A DNA stretch of 64,000 nucleotides from contig CAVNZM010000011.1 in assembly GCA_963693365.1 (NCBI GenBank), forward strand, positions 5,030,639 to 5,094,638, in the 5' to 3' direction. The stretch's first letter is position 1, and every line of letters starts with the position of its first letter. Source of the stretch: Amoebidium appalachense. Lineage: Eukaryota > Protista > Ichthyosporea. Under the pieces are notes generated by a model. The model made no database searches. It was given only the letters and a program-made list of their open reading frames with translations, and was not told the origin of the DNA. The translations under genes were made by a program, and so were the position numbers. This document shows positions 1-28,567 of this stretch, piece after piece.

Positions 1-161
1 TCAAATATATGTTCTTTGTTAACATAAATACGAAATAGAGAGGGAATTCAGCTGTATAAAACACACATTCTCCGAATGTGCCGCAAAACATATGCTTCCT
101 GTTAATCTGAAAATTAAAATAGAAAAATGAAAAACGAAATAAACACACCCACCATACTTAC

Positions 162-244
162 AGTGAGAGGGAATACTTGTCGTTGATGAACTTGGCCAGC
201 CCCCGCCACCCGAGGTCGGACTTCTCTTGCTCCTTAGCGACCAT
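162..244 (-). CDS. First coding exon of an unidentified gene continuing past the window start (MVAKEQEKSDLGWRGLAKFINDKYSLS...)
   Basis: GCCATGG start context at 244, open frame of normal complexity, consensus GTAAGT donor directly after 162. Confidence 0.6.
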
Positions 245-439
245 GGCTCCTTCTCTCATCATTCTATGAACAAATAGGATAAATAATGTAATCACATTAA
301 ACACTTCACTCACAATATATAGCATCCATGTGTATGGGCAAGAAGGAAGAAATGCAAAGCAGGGAAACATACAAAAACCGGAAAATCGGGGTATCTAATA
401 TTATCGGTCGTCTAATCTCCATCGCTGCCAAAGTCATCG

Positions 440-521
440 GATGCCGTGGCCGAGCGGTTAAGGCGATAGACTAGAAATCTATTGGGCTATGCCCGCGCAG
501 GTTCGAGTCCTGCCGGCATCG
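440..521 (+). tRNA. tRNA-Ser(AGA), intronless
   Basis: Acceptor stem GATGCCG/CGGCATC, D arm TGGCCGAGCGGTTAAGGC, anticodon arm ATAGA-CT AGA AA-TCTAT, long variable arm GGGC-TAT-GCCC, T arm GCAGG-TTCGAGT-CCTGC, discriminator G. Confidence 0.97.
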
Positions 522-526
522 TAATC

Positions 527-549
527 TTTTTTTTCTTTTTTTTTTTTTT
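527..549 (+). terminator. Pol III oligo-T terminator of the tRNA
   Basis: T run begins 6 nt after the discriminator base. Confidence 0.7.
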
Positions 550-733
550 CCTTTTTTCTTTTTCCCCTTTTGATTTTCTTGGCATCTCCATACCATTCAG
601 GTTCGAACCCCAGCAGCAACATCGCTTTTTTTTTTTTTTGCCCGCTCCCAACCACCCCCCCCCCCCCCCCCCCCCCACACACACACCAAAAAATATATAC
701 ATGCCCTTTTATCTCCGCCCGTTTGTCTCCGTT

Positions 734-6670
<5,937 letters not shown>

Positions 6671-7307
6671 CTAAAGAGCTGCAGTCGTTGGTTGGTTATC
6701 ACGAGACTCAAAGTTATCTCTTTTATTTTTAAAGTTAAGCGAGGTATATTTTACTTGGTGAGTTATCATGACACCACCGTTAACCTTTTAAGTTTTCTTG
6801 TTATGCGAGGTATTTTTAATTTATACTTAGGTTTTGTTTTCTGTGTGTTTCTTATGATCATCACTATGGCCACCAGACACGTATGATCAGTCAGTAGGTT
6901 GGACATTAGAGGTTCTTGATGTGTGAGTCTCCCTCTGTCCCTCTCCCTCTCCCTCCCCTCCCCCTCCCCCGGCTCCCTCCCTCTCTCCCTCCCTCTCTCT
7001 CTCTCTCTTTCTCTCTCTTTCTTTCTCTCTCTTTCCCCCCCTCTCCCTCTAGGCTCTCTCTCTCGCCATCAAGGCTCTCTCTCTCTCCATCAAGGCTCTC
7101 TCTCTCTCTCCCTAGGTTCTCTCTCTCTCCGTCTCCCTCTCCGTCTCCATCTCCCTCTCCCTCCCCCTATACCTCTCCCTTCCCCCCTCCCTCCCCCCCC
7201 TTCCCCCCCTCTCTCTCCCTCTCTCCCTCCCTCCATCTCTCTCTCTCTCCCTCTCCCTCTCCCTCCCTCTCCCTCTCCCTCTCCCTCTCCCTCTCTCTCC
7301 CTCTCTG

Positions 7308-7343
<36 letters not shown>

Positions 7344-7427
7344 TGCTCTCCTGTCTCCAACCGTGTCTGTGTGCATCAGTGTCGCATGTGCATCCTGTTC
7401 AATCGTGAGGGGAAAGCGGAGGAGGTG

Positions 7428-7461
<34 letters not shown>

Positions 7462-7642
7462 GGGGAGGGGGGGGGGGGGGGGGGAGGGGGGGGGGGGGGG
7501 GGGAGGACGGGAGGGGGGGAGAGAAGGCGATTGTGTGTGTGTGTGGGGGGGGGGGGGGGGGGGGGAGGGTTGGGGGGAAGGGAAGAAGGGTTTGGAAATG
7601 GTTTTATTTTGGGTTGGTTGGTTTGTTTGGGGGCGGGCGGGG

Positions 7643-7676
<34 letters not shown>

Positions 7677-7910
7677 AGGGGGGGTAGGCTACCACATTTC
7701 CGGTTTTTGAAATGTTTGTAGCGTCCCAAACAAACTGCTTATGCTGAGACCCACGGGCAGGTATGGTCGGGCTGCCGATCCCTATTTGGCCAGGCGGGTA
7801 AGAAAAACCTTAAAAGAAAAACGTAGCTTACTTACTGTACGAACCCACTCCTAAATCATGAACATGACACGAGTTATGTTTTGGTTTTATTCTCCTCTTT
7901 AAGAGTGAGC

Positions 7911-17405
<9,495 letters not shown>

Positions 17406-18165
17406 GGTGGCCGCGTAATATAGAACCCGAAGAGCCCCTTTTTCAGCAATAACTAACACAGGTGACTATGACACTTTCAACGACATGGCGTGAATGCCTG
17501 AGATCTCCCAAGGATAAAAAAACCAAACAAAACTCCTGCTTTTGATCAACTATTAAAGAAAGTTTCACAAAACAGAAACAGAATTACAACAGATTCTGCG
17601 ACATCTATATTCTGGTTTTTAAATATGTATACGAGCTTTCACAGACCTAAACCTCCCGTACAAAGTGGAACCTCCTGCCTCTGTCCAGGCTGTCAACATG
17701 AATGACCCTGAACATGCATACACAAGCACTTGGATCACTTGGATCAGCGTAGCAAACCAGGATGGTGCATAGGCTAACCTATGAGAATAAAAAATGTGTC
17801 TAACTTTTTCCTGTGCTAGATGGAGTGATTTGAAATGAAATCTCACAATGTTTTGCTTACGTGCTGAACATTCTTCAGCAAACGCGAGCTTCAATGTGTG
17901 TTCAAGCACGGCCCTCTTTTTTTCAGAGGGCCGTGGTTCAAGCGTCGAGAGGGAGCCTCCCAACACCCGTGAGTCCGAACCCACGCAAAATGGTGAGCTC
18001 ACCTGATTGGTTGAATGCGCACCACGCACTTTGGAAAAGGTCACCCAATCAACTTGCTCCATGTATGCCTTTATTAAGCTAATCTCTGGGCATCAGCCTG
18101 GCGCCAAAAATAACCCGCCCTCGAGTCACAGTCGGGTCACCGGCGTGTGTGCACGCGCGCGCGTG

Positions 18166-18208
18166 TGAGACTGGTCTCTCTTTGCCTCGAGTAAACAGCG
18201 TAAACCCC
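18166..18208 (+). repeat. 43-bp direct repeat, copy 1 (TGAGACTGGTCTCTCTTTGCCTCGAGTAAACAGCGTAAACCCC)
   Basis: Identical except for one indel to 21881-21922. Confidence 0.9.
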
Positions 18209-18391
18209 GTGTGTACATGGGCATGTACGCGTGTGCGTGTGTGCGTGTGTGCGTGTGCGTGTGTGTGCGTGTGTGTGCGTGTGCGTGTGTGTGTGTGTGC
18301 TGCGGGTATGGGCGGTGTGTGTCTGTACAGGTGCGCATGTGTAGGTGTCTGTGTGCGTCTACATGTGCGTGTGTGTGTGTGACGGTGCCAC

Positions 18392-18452
<61 letters not shown>

Positions 18453-19313
18453 CGGTGGTTGTGTGTGGGTGTATTGGTGGCGGGAGGGGGGGGGGAGGGG
18501 GGAGGGGGGGGGGGGGGTGCATTGGTCTTGGGGGGGGGGGGGGGGGGGGGGGGGGGGCTCGGGGGCGGGGGGGGCTCGGGGGCGGGGGGAGGGGGGGGGG
18601 GCTGCTCAACGGTTAATAAAAAAAAATAAAAAATAAAAAAAATCCCAGATTGTTTTTTAGCTCAGATTTGGTCTGCATTGCTCTTTTAGAGGCTGACTTG
18701 CTTGCTGTGCCTCGGTAGGTTTTGAGGGGGGCCTGTTGGGAAGGAGCAGAGTGTGGTCTGGTCAACATCGATGCAAATGACTAGTTGGAGCAAACTGGTT
18801 TTGTACGCATACACGTACACTTAAGGTTTTGCCCGCTGGCGTCCTTTGTCACTTGTCGCTTTATTTTTATTTCGTAGCTTTGGCTTTTTCAGTTCTGTTG
18901 GTGGTTATGTAGCCTGTGGCTGCACGTTGCCTTCATCAACGGATCAAAAAACCCGAGTCAAAAGAAAAAAGAAATCCCAGCCTCGGTCGGAGATGGAGGC
19001 TGGGTCTTAGGAGAGAGAGGGGGTGTGGGGGGGGAAAGGACTGACCTGTTTTTGCGTAAAAAAAAGATCCATTATCCAATCAGTGTTTTTGGCGGCAGAT
19101 TTCAAATTTTCTCTCAGACACTTTGTAACGTCAGTAGTCCCAGTACACGACATTGCGATCTACAGAGGTCGAAGATACCACTGATGGCTCTGGCTTGAGC
19201 GGAGACGCATCAGCTCATGACGTCAGCACCTCGGGGCGCGCGCCAGGGCGAGCGACAGAGAGCCCTGGCAGCCGACTGGCCGACCGAGGCTGGGCGATAG
19301 CGATATGGCGTAG

Positions 19314-19362
19314 CCACGGCCATCTAGAAACACAGGTCACAGGTGTTTCTAGATGGCCGTGG
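19314..19362. other. Perfect 20-bp inverted repeat with a 9-nt loop, upstream of the RT ORF
   Basis: CCACGGCCATCTAGAAACAC (19314-19333) and GTGTTTCTAGATGGCCGTGG (19343-19362). Confidence 0.9.
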
Positions 19363-19477
19363 GCGTAGCCATTGAGCTCATTTATGATTAATAGGGGCAT
19401 TCGATTTACGCCTCTATGATTATCAAATGCCATGTTATTGGCATAGCCATAAATACTCGTAGCTGCATCATGATATT

Positions 19478-21586
19478 TTGGCTAAATATAGAGGCGCTCG
19501 TCCATTGCAGTTGTGTAGAGCTGCACTCAAAAAAAAAAATACAAAAGAGAGCCATCTTACTATATCTAGTAAGTCTTGTGGACCTGATGGACTCCCTGCT
19601 GGGTTTCTTAAAATCCTTGTTCCCTCCTACCCACAAAAGGAAAGTGATCGTGCTATTAAACCTGATCTTACTATCATGTTAAGCTCTCTCTTTTCTTGGT
19701 GTGTTAAATGTGGACATGTCCCGTCATCTTGGTTAGATACCTTAGTGATCCCCATAGTTAAGAAGGACTCTGAGGGCCCCATATCATCCTTTCGCCCCAT
19801 TACACTAACCCAGGTTGTTCGTAGATTCTTTGAAGCTTGCTTACTTAGGTTATTTGCACATCACCCTAGGTTTCAATCTATTCTTCACATACACCCATGC
19901 CAATCCGCTTTTCGTAAAAACAATTCATGTTATGTTCAAATAATGGCACTGCACGATTCTATGCAAGTTGGTGCACAATATGTTGGCTTTATTGATTGGA
20001 AAACTGCTTACGATTCTGTCTCCCCTGGTCTCCTATGGGAAAAGCTTGCTGCACGGGGTGTACCACACTGCATTGGTGTTCTGTTAGAAGCACTCTTGTC
20101 TCAAACCTATGGTAGAGCTGTGGTTAATGGGCATCTTTCATATGGTTTTGCTCGTACTAGAGGTCTCTTGCAGGGTTCATTGCTTAGCCCCTTTTTGTTT
20201 AACCTATTTATAGATGATTTGGCTGTCAAGATTTACGCCGAAAACGATAACCCTATTAATAACTTTCCGCCTGCACTTCTCTATGCTGATGATCTGTCCC
20301 TCCTTGCCCGTACCCCTAGACGCCTGCAAAGATTGTTCGATGTAGTGTCAGAGTGGTGCAAGGCAAACCTTATGATCCTTAACATAGACAAATGTGGTGT
20401 TCTTGTACCTGATATAGCTAACAATTTACACACATTTACATTATCATCTAAACCTGTACCTATAGTTCCAGAATACAAATATCTTGGTGTTCCGGTTGAT
20501 TCTGTTGGTGTTATGTTCCCCCATATGGTCGAAAAGAGGGTAGAGTTGGCTCGTAAGCGGTTAGCTTTCTTCTCGGCTAATATTTTTAAAGACACACCCC
20601 TCCATCCTTCTATTAGACTTACATTTATTCGCACTTTTGTCTTCCCGGCATGTGAATATGGTTTACCCCTTCTCGCCGCTTGGATCAAGAAAGAGAGAAC
20701 TAGAGCGCTTAAACCCTTGGCAAATTTCCTTGAAGCAGAAGTTGCCTCCTTTCTATCTAACAACTGTTGTAAACCTGGGCCTGTAACGCTCTCGATATAT
20801 GGTCTGGTCCCAATAGCTGCTAGAGTATCCTATCTCGCGCTGAAATTCAATAAGCACATAAGCCGCTTAAAGAAGTATTTGCCCTCCCACCCTCTCTTCT
20901 CTATCCGACCTGTCCCCTCCTCACCTCTCCCCTCTTTCCTCCCCTCTCTCTCCCCTTCTCCCCTGGGCACAAATACAAATAAACCCCGCAATAGTGTGTG
21001 TGTGACTTTGGACTGCCACTTACTTATTAAACATGTACACAATCACAAGATAATCACGCAATATAACAAATGGAAAAAGATACCACACGACACTAGACCC
21101 GATGAAAGCATACACCTTGAAAAACTAAGCCTTATGTCTCGTTTTATATATACTGACCGCCTCAACCATATTGCCAAATATGGCACTCGCAAGTGTATAA
21201 CACCTAAATACATATTACCTTCCTGTAGAACTGGTCTTTCTCTAGCTGATGGTATTATTGATCAATTACCACGCTTTTACTGTACACGTGCTATACAGTG
21301 GAGATCTAATAAGTATAAGGTGGCATCATTTGCATGCCCAAACAACACACACACACACCAGTTTAACCGGTCATGTATCGCCAAATGTAGTTTGATAGAC
21401 CACATAATACCGCAACACACACACGTCACATTCACAACAGACACCCAGAAAGATAGCCTACCTGTAAATTACAACATCCTTGATTTTATACTAAACACGC
21501 GTAACTACGACCTGTTTATTAGATGTATTGATTGGCTTGAGAAACACATCACTACAAAATTATAGCGCACGCGCACACACACACAC

Positions 21587-21639
<53 letters not shown>

Positions 21640-21671
21640 CCAGCTGATACCGAGTGTCCCGAGGGGAGCCC

Positions 21672-21726
<55 letters not shown>
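19478..21726 (+). mobile_element. Non-LTR (LINE-type) retroelement, apparently 5'-truncated or endonuclease-less; RT ORF 19478-21565, (AC)n 3' UTR, A tract 21676-21726
   Basis: RT motifs KSCGPDG, FRPITL, QSAFR, FIDWKTAYDSV, GLLQGSLLSPFLFNLFIDDL, LLYADD, YKYLG; thumb P.CEYGL; C-terminal WR.N..C..C Cys region. No APE or RLE motif recognised. The ORF opens on TTG and the first ATG lies inside the RT. Confidence 0.9.
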
Positions 21727-21727
<1 letters not shown>

Positions 21728-21880
21728 GGGGAACCCCAACTAATTGATTTCTCCTTGTAGTCTTTATGGTGTCTCGTAGAGAAAGTAAACCCTGATATAT
21801 AGTCACCACCCGACATCTATGTACGTGATCATGATATACCGCTGAGGGGATATTCCGAGCAAAACCCCCCCCCCCATACC

Positions 21881-21922
21881 TGAGACTGGTTCTCTTTGCC
21901 TCGAGTAAACAGCGTAAACCCC
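21881..21922 (+). repeat. 42-bp direct repeat, copy 2
   Basis: Matches 18166-18208. Confidence 0.9.
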
Positions 21923-22120
21923 TACTATATTAGTACTGTTCATAGATAGATCCAACTAATATACATAGTGACCTCCCCGGTGACCCCCCCCCAAAAAAAA
22001 AAAAAAAAAAAAAAAAACCACATAAAACGAGAAAGAGAAAGAGAGAGAGTGAAAGAATAAATGAAAGAAAGAAAGAATGAAATTAAGAAAGAACGAAAGA
22101 AAGAAAGAAAGAAAAAAGCT

Positions 22121-22155
<35 letters not shown>

Positions 22156-22652
22156 AGGGAAAAAAAAGGAAAGGAAGAAGGGAGAGAGTAAAAGAAATGA
22201 AAAGAGAACACCACGATTTGAAATTTGTGGCTCAGCTGCCGCTACCAAAGCTACCGCCGGTGGGCCAGTCACCCCACCCAACTTCCACATGCTTCAAAAT
22301 GCCCCGCCACCACAACAAATTTCAATTAATTGCGGCCGAAGTTTTTCTCAGCAAACAGGGGACATGGCTAACAGATTGGTGTTTTTCTTTTCTTTTCTAT
22401 TCCTTTCTTTCAGGCTGCAGAAACTTTATAAAAACCGTCCTTCTTTTCTTTTCTTTTCTTTTCTTTTGAAGTTTTTTTTTTCTTCATGCGTGCACCCCTC
22501 TCTTTTTCCTTTTTTCTTATTTTCATCCTTTCTTCCTTTCTTTCTTCTCCTTTCTTTTCTTTTCTTTTCTTCTTTTTTCTTTCTTTCTTTCTCTCTTTTT
22601 ATTTTTTGGCGGCGGCGGCGGTGGTGGTGGTGGTGGTGGTGGTGGTGGTGGT

Positions 22653-22703
<51 letters not shown>

Positions 22704-23271
22704 TCTATTTTCGTGACAGCTACCAAAACCATTAATCAGCCACCCCAGCCCACTTCCAAGCACATCAAAATGCCCCCGTCGCAACCAAATTATAAATTTG
22801 GCGTGGGTTTAGTTTTCTCTAGAACAGGCATAAAATTAGGTCACAGTTTCATAAATTCAAATTATTCCTTATCAAGTTGTCTAAGTTGTTCAGTGGCATT
22901 GCTATTGTGATCACCCCTGATTGTCAACGATAATAGAATGTCTTTATGAACGTTACTGTAACGTTCATATGAATGTTCCGAAAGTATTCATGTTCCGAAA
23001 CCAATAATGAAAATGCATGCTAACCCTGATATCGATATTGATATCAATATAATATCTGCCCGATTCCTCTGCATCACCACGACATGCCCCCAATCGCCAG
23101 TGCATCATTCTGCCGGTAATACTAAGTTTAGTACACTGTCAGTACATGCACACCATCCCTTCCGCACCGCCCACCTATAGCCTTCAAGTGAAATTCCCTG
23201 CAATTAACTAACCCAAAAGAAATTAAGTGCCTCTATTGTCATTTGGAAACAGCAGTGGAGTTACAGTGGAC

Positions 23272-23310
<39 letters not shown>

Positions 23311-23701
23311 ACACACACACACCTAAAAGGGGATCACTTGTATTCGATTCAACTGAGTTACTAGAAGTTAACAGAACCGTGGTGGCACTTAGACCTGCAG
23401 CTGTGGCCGCAGTTGAAAGCCGGGCATTCATCCCATCATATCTAAAATAAAAAAATAAAAAATACGTATTGCAGGACTATAAAGAAAAAACTTAAAGTTA
23501 GTACTTGTGCAACTCAAGTCAACTCAATGTCACGGAATCCTACACCGTTTTGCCTTTTTGCGTAAACCTAAACAAAACCCGGCGAATTAGTACATTATTT
23601 ACTAGCCATACACCCATATTTGTGCCAACTATAGGTAGGTGTACCAGTTGTGCCAATCACTGGCACGGTGCCTTGAAACTGCAACCGAGTCACGGTCTTG
23701 G

Positions 23702-24213
23702 CTAAACACCTGCCGAAGCCCCCTCCAGCACCGACTGTGTGTCCTTCTTCTTTGAGATCTCGATGCCGAAAATGCTGGTCACCTTGGCCCCATCCTTCCA
23801 TTTCTGCTCCCGAAATCCCATTGTCAGCCACACTTCCGCTACTTAGCTAAGTAGCTCTGGGCAGGCCGAGCCCATGACGCTTCAGCTTGAGAATTAACCT
23901 ATACTACTGCCCCTAAAATCATTGTAGTACTACTATAACAACGAATTCCTCTTGGTACTTTGCAGTATACTCCAAAAAAAACCCTCTAAGCATCCTCCGA
24001 ATTCAGCGACAAACAAGCACATGTACATGTGGGTACCGAGTTTTCTGAAGAACACCTATATTTTCTTTATGTTGCTCATACGAAGCTGCAGCGTAGTGCG
24101 TAACGTGCACACATTACCCATCACTGCTCATTAATTTGGTTTCAGCACAGATATTCCGCCAGTTGACACACACAGCAGTGTTTCATACACACACAAGAAA
24201 GAAGCCAGGCCAG

Positions 24214-24270
<57 letters not shown>

Positions 24271-27200
24271 AAAACCGGGCCGGCAAAAACGTACCTGCTT
24301 CTGTGGCTTAGCACCCTCCGTCCTCATGTATTCAAACTTGCCGTGCTTAGCCCCAGCCACCCAGTGGCCCTTGTATATCTCCCCCGTGGCCGTGTAGTAT
24401 ATCCCCTCCCCCTAAATCAATTATTTACATGGTTAGCAACAGAAAATCTCTTTACCCCTCTTCCCTCTCCCGCTGCCGCCAAAACCAAAGAAGAAGCTTT
24501 ATGGAAGAAAGGGAGGGGCCATCACGGCTACCGTACGTTTGGGTAGAGAGAGAGAGTCAGACAGGGGGGCTGATGAATGGGCAGGGTCGTGACTGGGGGA
24601 AAGGAGAGGGGGTGATGGATGGAGATGTGGGGAGACAGAAGGGAGGGTTGGGGGGGGGGGGGGGGGGGGGGAGGGGGGGGGAGGGGGGGGGGGGAGGGCG
24701 CAGGGAAACAAGGGTGGGAGAAGGGGGGAGGGTTGGGGGCGGGGGGGGGGGGGTTCAGCAAGGAATTTAGAATACTCACGTGGGGCTTGTTGCTTTTCCA
24801 CTCCCCTTGGTACTTGCTACCGTCTGGGAATGTTTGCTCTCCCCGTTGCAGTTCGCCTGTGCGCAAAGGAAATCAGAAAACGAGTCAATGGTAAACCCTT
24901 TTTATATTCAAAACAAAAGCGGGATATCAACACGCCCCAGCAGGAATGAGGCAAAAGGGAACTCATTTCACTACCTGTCGTGTGTGTGGGTGCGCAGGCA
25001 TGTGCACGCGAGTGCCTGTTAGGTAAGCGAAGTGACTGATAAAGCACATCCATATGCAGATGGGTTTGAATGTGTGTACACATGTGTGTGTCTGTTTGTG
25101 CGTGTGCGTGCGTGTGCGTGCGTGTGCGTGCGTGTGCGTGCGTGTGCGCGCGCGTGTGTGTGTGTGTGTCTAAGGGAGGGGAGGAGGAAGAGGGGAGGGG
25201 GGGGGGGGGGGGGGGGGCTTATGTACCTGCAATCCAGCGGCCTGATTGGTGGGTGTTGTCCGGTCGTGTGAGCCTGCCCTCCCCACAGTAGGCGTCTTTG
25301 TCCCATTCACCTATGGTGTTCAAAGGTCCCAGTGAGCAAGCAAGCACAAAAGAGCCTTGTCAATCACACAAACACTGAAAGTGGGAACACACGGCCACAA
25401 AAATGAGAAAGCTGACATGTCAAGAGAACGGATACACGAACATTTGACTGCTGAAAGGGCCGTTTTTTTTTTTGTTTTTTTTTTTTGGGGGGGGGGGGGG
25501 GGGGTTTGAATGCGTCAAAAAATACGAAGTACACAAGAACAAACGGATAACACGATGCAGAATGCAAGCCATACATAAAGAGTGCATAATAAGCAGAGCC
25601 CATCCTCAGGGGGGGCCCACGTCATTCACAGTACCCGAGTTTCGACCTATTCCCCTCGTTAACGAAACCCCGGGGGGGGGGGGGGGGGGGGGGGGATAGA
25701 CGACTTGAAGATTGAGACTGAACCCCACAACCAAAAATGGGGGCATGGAGCAATGACAGGAAAGCAGGCACAGTCGTGCGTATTAGCTGTGCACGCCAAT
25801 TTTTTTCCCATGACATGCCTGTCTCAATCGCACGTTCCCAATCAAAACAAAGCAAAGACAGAGCGACATTACCGGTGGAAGAAACATTTGAGCGGTTTAT
25901 GTGAGTGCAAATAAACCTAAGAAATTCGACCTACCGTCGTATTTGAATCCGTTCGCACCGTTGAAGAGACCCTTCCCGTGGCGTCTGCCAGAGCTCCACC
26001 CACCCTCGTACCTGATTGGGGGTAGATCAGTAATCCCGTCTACCAGAAACGTTGGAATACAAACTATAGAACGAACATTGTGTGAGTTAACCACATGTAC
26101 AGCAGCAGTTCACTATTTATGTCCGAGTTTATACAAGGAAACCATACACACTGCAACGGCTCCAATTTATTTCCCCCCTATCACCAGAGTTAGGTTGTGT
26201 TCGTTGCCACGTGTTTCATAAACCCCCTCCCCCCCCCTCCTCCTCCCCCCTCCCCCCAGACCACTACCTCCCTCCCATACGTCCCCTCTCACATCTCGTC
26301 CTTATTGGTTAACATCTCCCCTCCCCCCCCCCCCCCTCCCCTCCCCCCTCCCCCTCCCCCTTGCACACCACCTATCAACCCCATTCCCCCCCCCCCCCCC
26401 CCCCCCCCCCCTCCCCCCCCTCCCCCCCCCCCCCCCCCACAGTCCATGCAGATCACTCACGTGTCCCCGTTAGCCCACGTCTTCTTCCCCTGGCCGTGTG
26501 GCTCACCGTCCACCCACTCCCCCTCGTAGACCGACCCATCCTTGGCCCTGAGTGTGCCCTTGCCGTGCTGCTCCCCCCTCTCCCATGACCCCTCGTAGCG
26601 GCTGCCGTCCGCCCATGTCTTTAAGCCTTGGCCCTGCGTGGAAGCCTTTAGTCAGCGGGAAAGTTAAAGAAACGTGTTTGGGTATGAGTTTAGGGACCGC
26701 CCCTAGCTGCCAAAATAACGACTAATGTGAACCACATAGGAAACTTCCATATTTGGCAAACCCTGAATTCTAAGCTAACCAATCTGGGGAAAAAGGACGA
26801 AAGACAAATCAACAACAACCATAACCGTTGTTCAATATAAACAAAAACATACTTCAGCTGTCTACATTGAACCATCCTTTACACCATAACAGCAAAAAGA
26901 GAATGAAACCAAAAAGCCGATTATAAAACAAAAGGAAAGCAATAAAGGAAAACACAGAGAAGGGGAAAAGGGTAGCGAGGGGGAAGTAGTGCACATACCT
27001 CCATCTTCCCGTTCCTCCACTCTCCCTCGTACTTGGACCCGTCACTCTCGGTGAGTTCACCTCGACCAAACTCGATACCGTCCGCAAACCCACCAACATA
27101 CTTGCCACCGTTTGCGTGAATCTGCACACATGGTGGACATGTCAGAACAACAAGAACACTCTGCACCACATGGAACACACCGCTCCACATGTGCCTGCAT

Positions 27201-27292
27201 TTAGAACTAAAATCCGATTTTGGCATGTGGAATTCATCCTCCATCTGTCATGATTCCTGGAGGCAAGGGAGCGGGCAAAAGGTGTGTGAAGG

Positions 27293-27390
<98 letters not shown>

Positions 27391-28178
27391 CGCTCGCACG
27401 CGCATGTGGGTGCCCCCTCGGTTTGTGCAACGACGAATCTGCACACGTGGTATGGTTGACCCCAACTCTTTTGCATAATTTGTCAATCTTGGATAGCACT
27501 GCCAGAAAATGTTAAAGGAAAGGAAGTCAGGGATGTGTGTGTGCGCATGTGTGTGTGTATGTGTTTGTGTATATTGGTAGGGGGAGGAGGGGGAGGAGGA
27601 GAAGGAGTGGGGGACAGGCAGAAGACACGGTGAATCTCACGAGAAAAGCTGCCAATTGTGGGGGCGGGTGTGTTGTGTGTGTATGTATGTTTTTTGTCCG
27701 AAGGGGAAAAGGGGAGGGAGGAGAACGGGGGAGGGGGGGGGTCATTTGGAATGAACCCAAGTACAACACAACTTGGAGGGAAATAACCGGTTAGATTAGA
27801 GGGGAAGGTGGTACTTACGTAAGTGCAGCTATCACCGCTAAGCTTGTCCCTGACCCACGTTCCCTCCATAATGTCTCCCTTTCTGGACACAAACTTTCCC
27901 TGTCCGCTCCTCATGCCGTTCACCCACTGCCCTTCGTACCGGTCTCCATTGGCCCACAACTTGGTGCCCGTACCGTGATATCTGTGGGAGGTGTAGGTGG
28001 GTGGGTCGCGGCCCTAAGATAGTATGGGTACTGCAAGAACAGAATATGGCATTTGTGTACCTATTGATGATGGTTGAAAAAGGTGCAAGTAAAGCTACGA
28101 ATGGAGGGAAGGGGGAATGGGGAAGGGAAGGAGGTGGATGGGTGGGTGGGGTGGGGGGGAGGGGGGGGAGGGAGGGGG

Positions 28179-28258
<80 letters not shown>

Positions 28259-28536
28259 AGGAATATGGGGGGAAGGGGGGATGGGGGGGGGGGGGGGGGG
28301 GGGAGGCTAGCAAAAGCAATAATTTCATCATGCAAGCACGTTACGGGAAACGCAAGCACACGGGGAGAAGGTGGGCAAACACGTACATGTCGTTCTCCCA
28401 ATCCCCCTCATAGGTGCTGCCGTCCTGGTATGTGCACGTGCCCTTGCCTTGTCTCTTGCCCATGTTCCACTCCCCCTCGAAGCGCGTCTTGTCTTTGGGG
28501 TTTACATATGTGCCTTGCCCGTGGAACTGGATGGGA

Positions 28537-28567
<31 letters not shown>

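Noticed and set aside
19478-21565. Retron, group II intron, Penelope or telomerase RT; or an intact active ORF
   Set aside because: Motifs (GPDG, RPI.L, QGS.LSP.LFN, YKYLG) are LINE-type. The 5' end lacks an ATG and probably has a frameshift near 19565 by comparison with the 39.6-kb copy.
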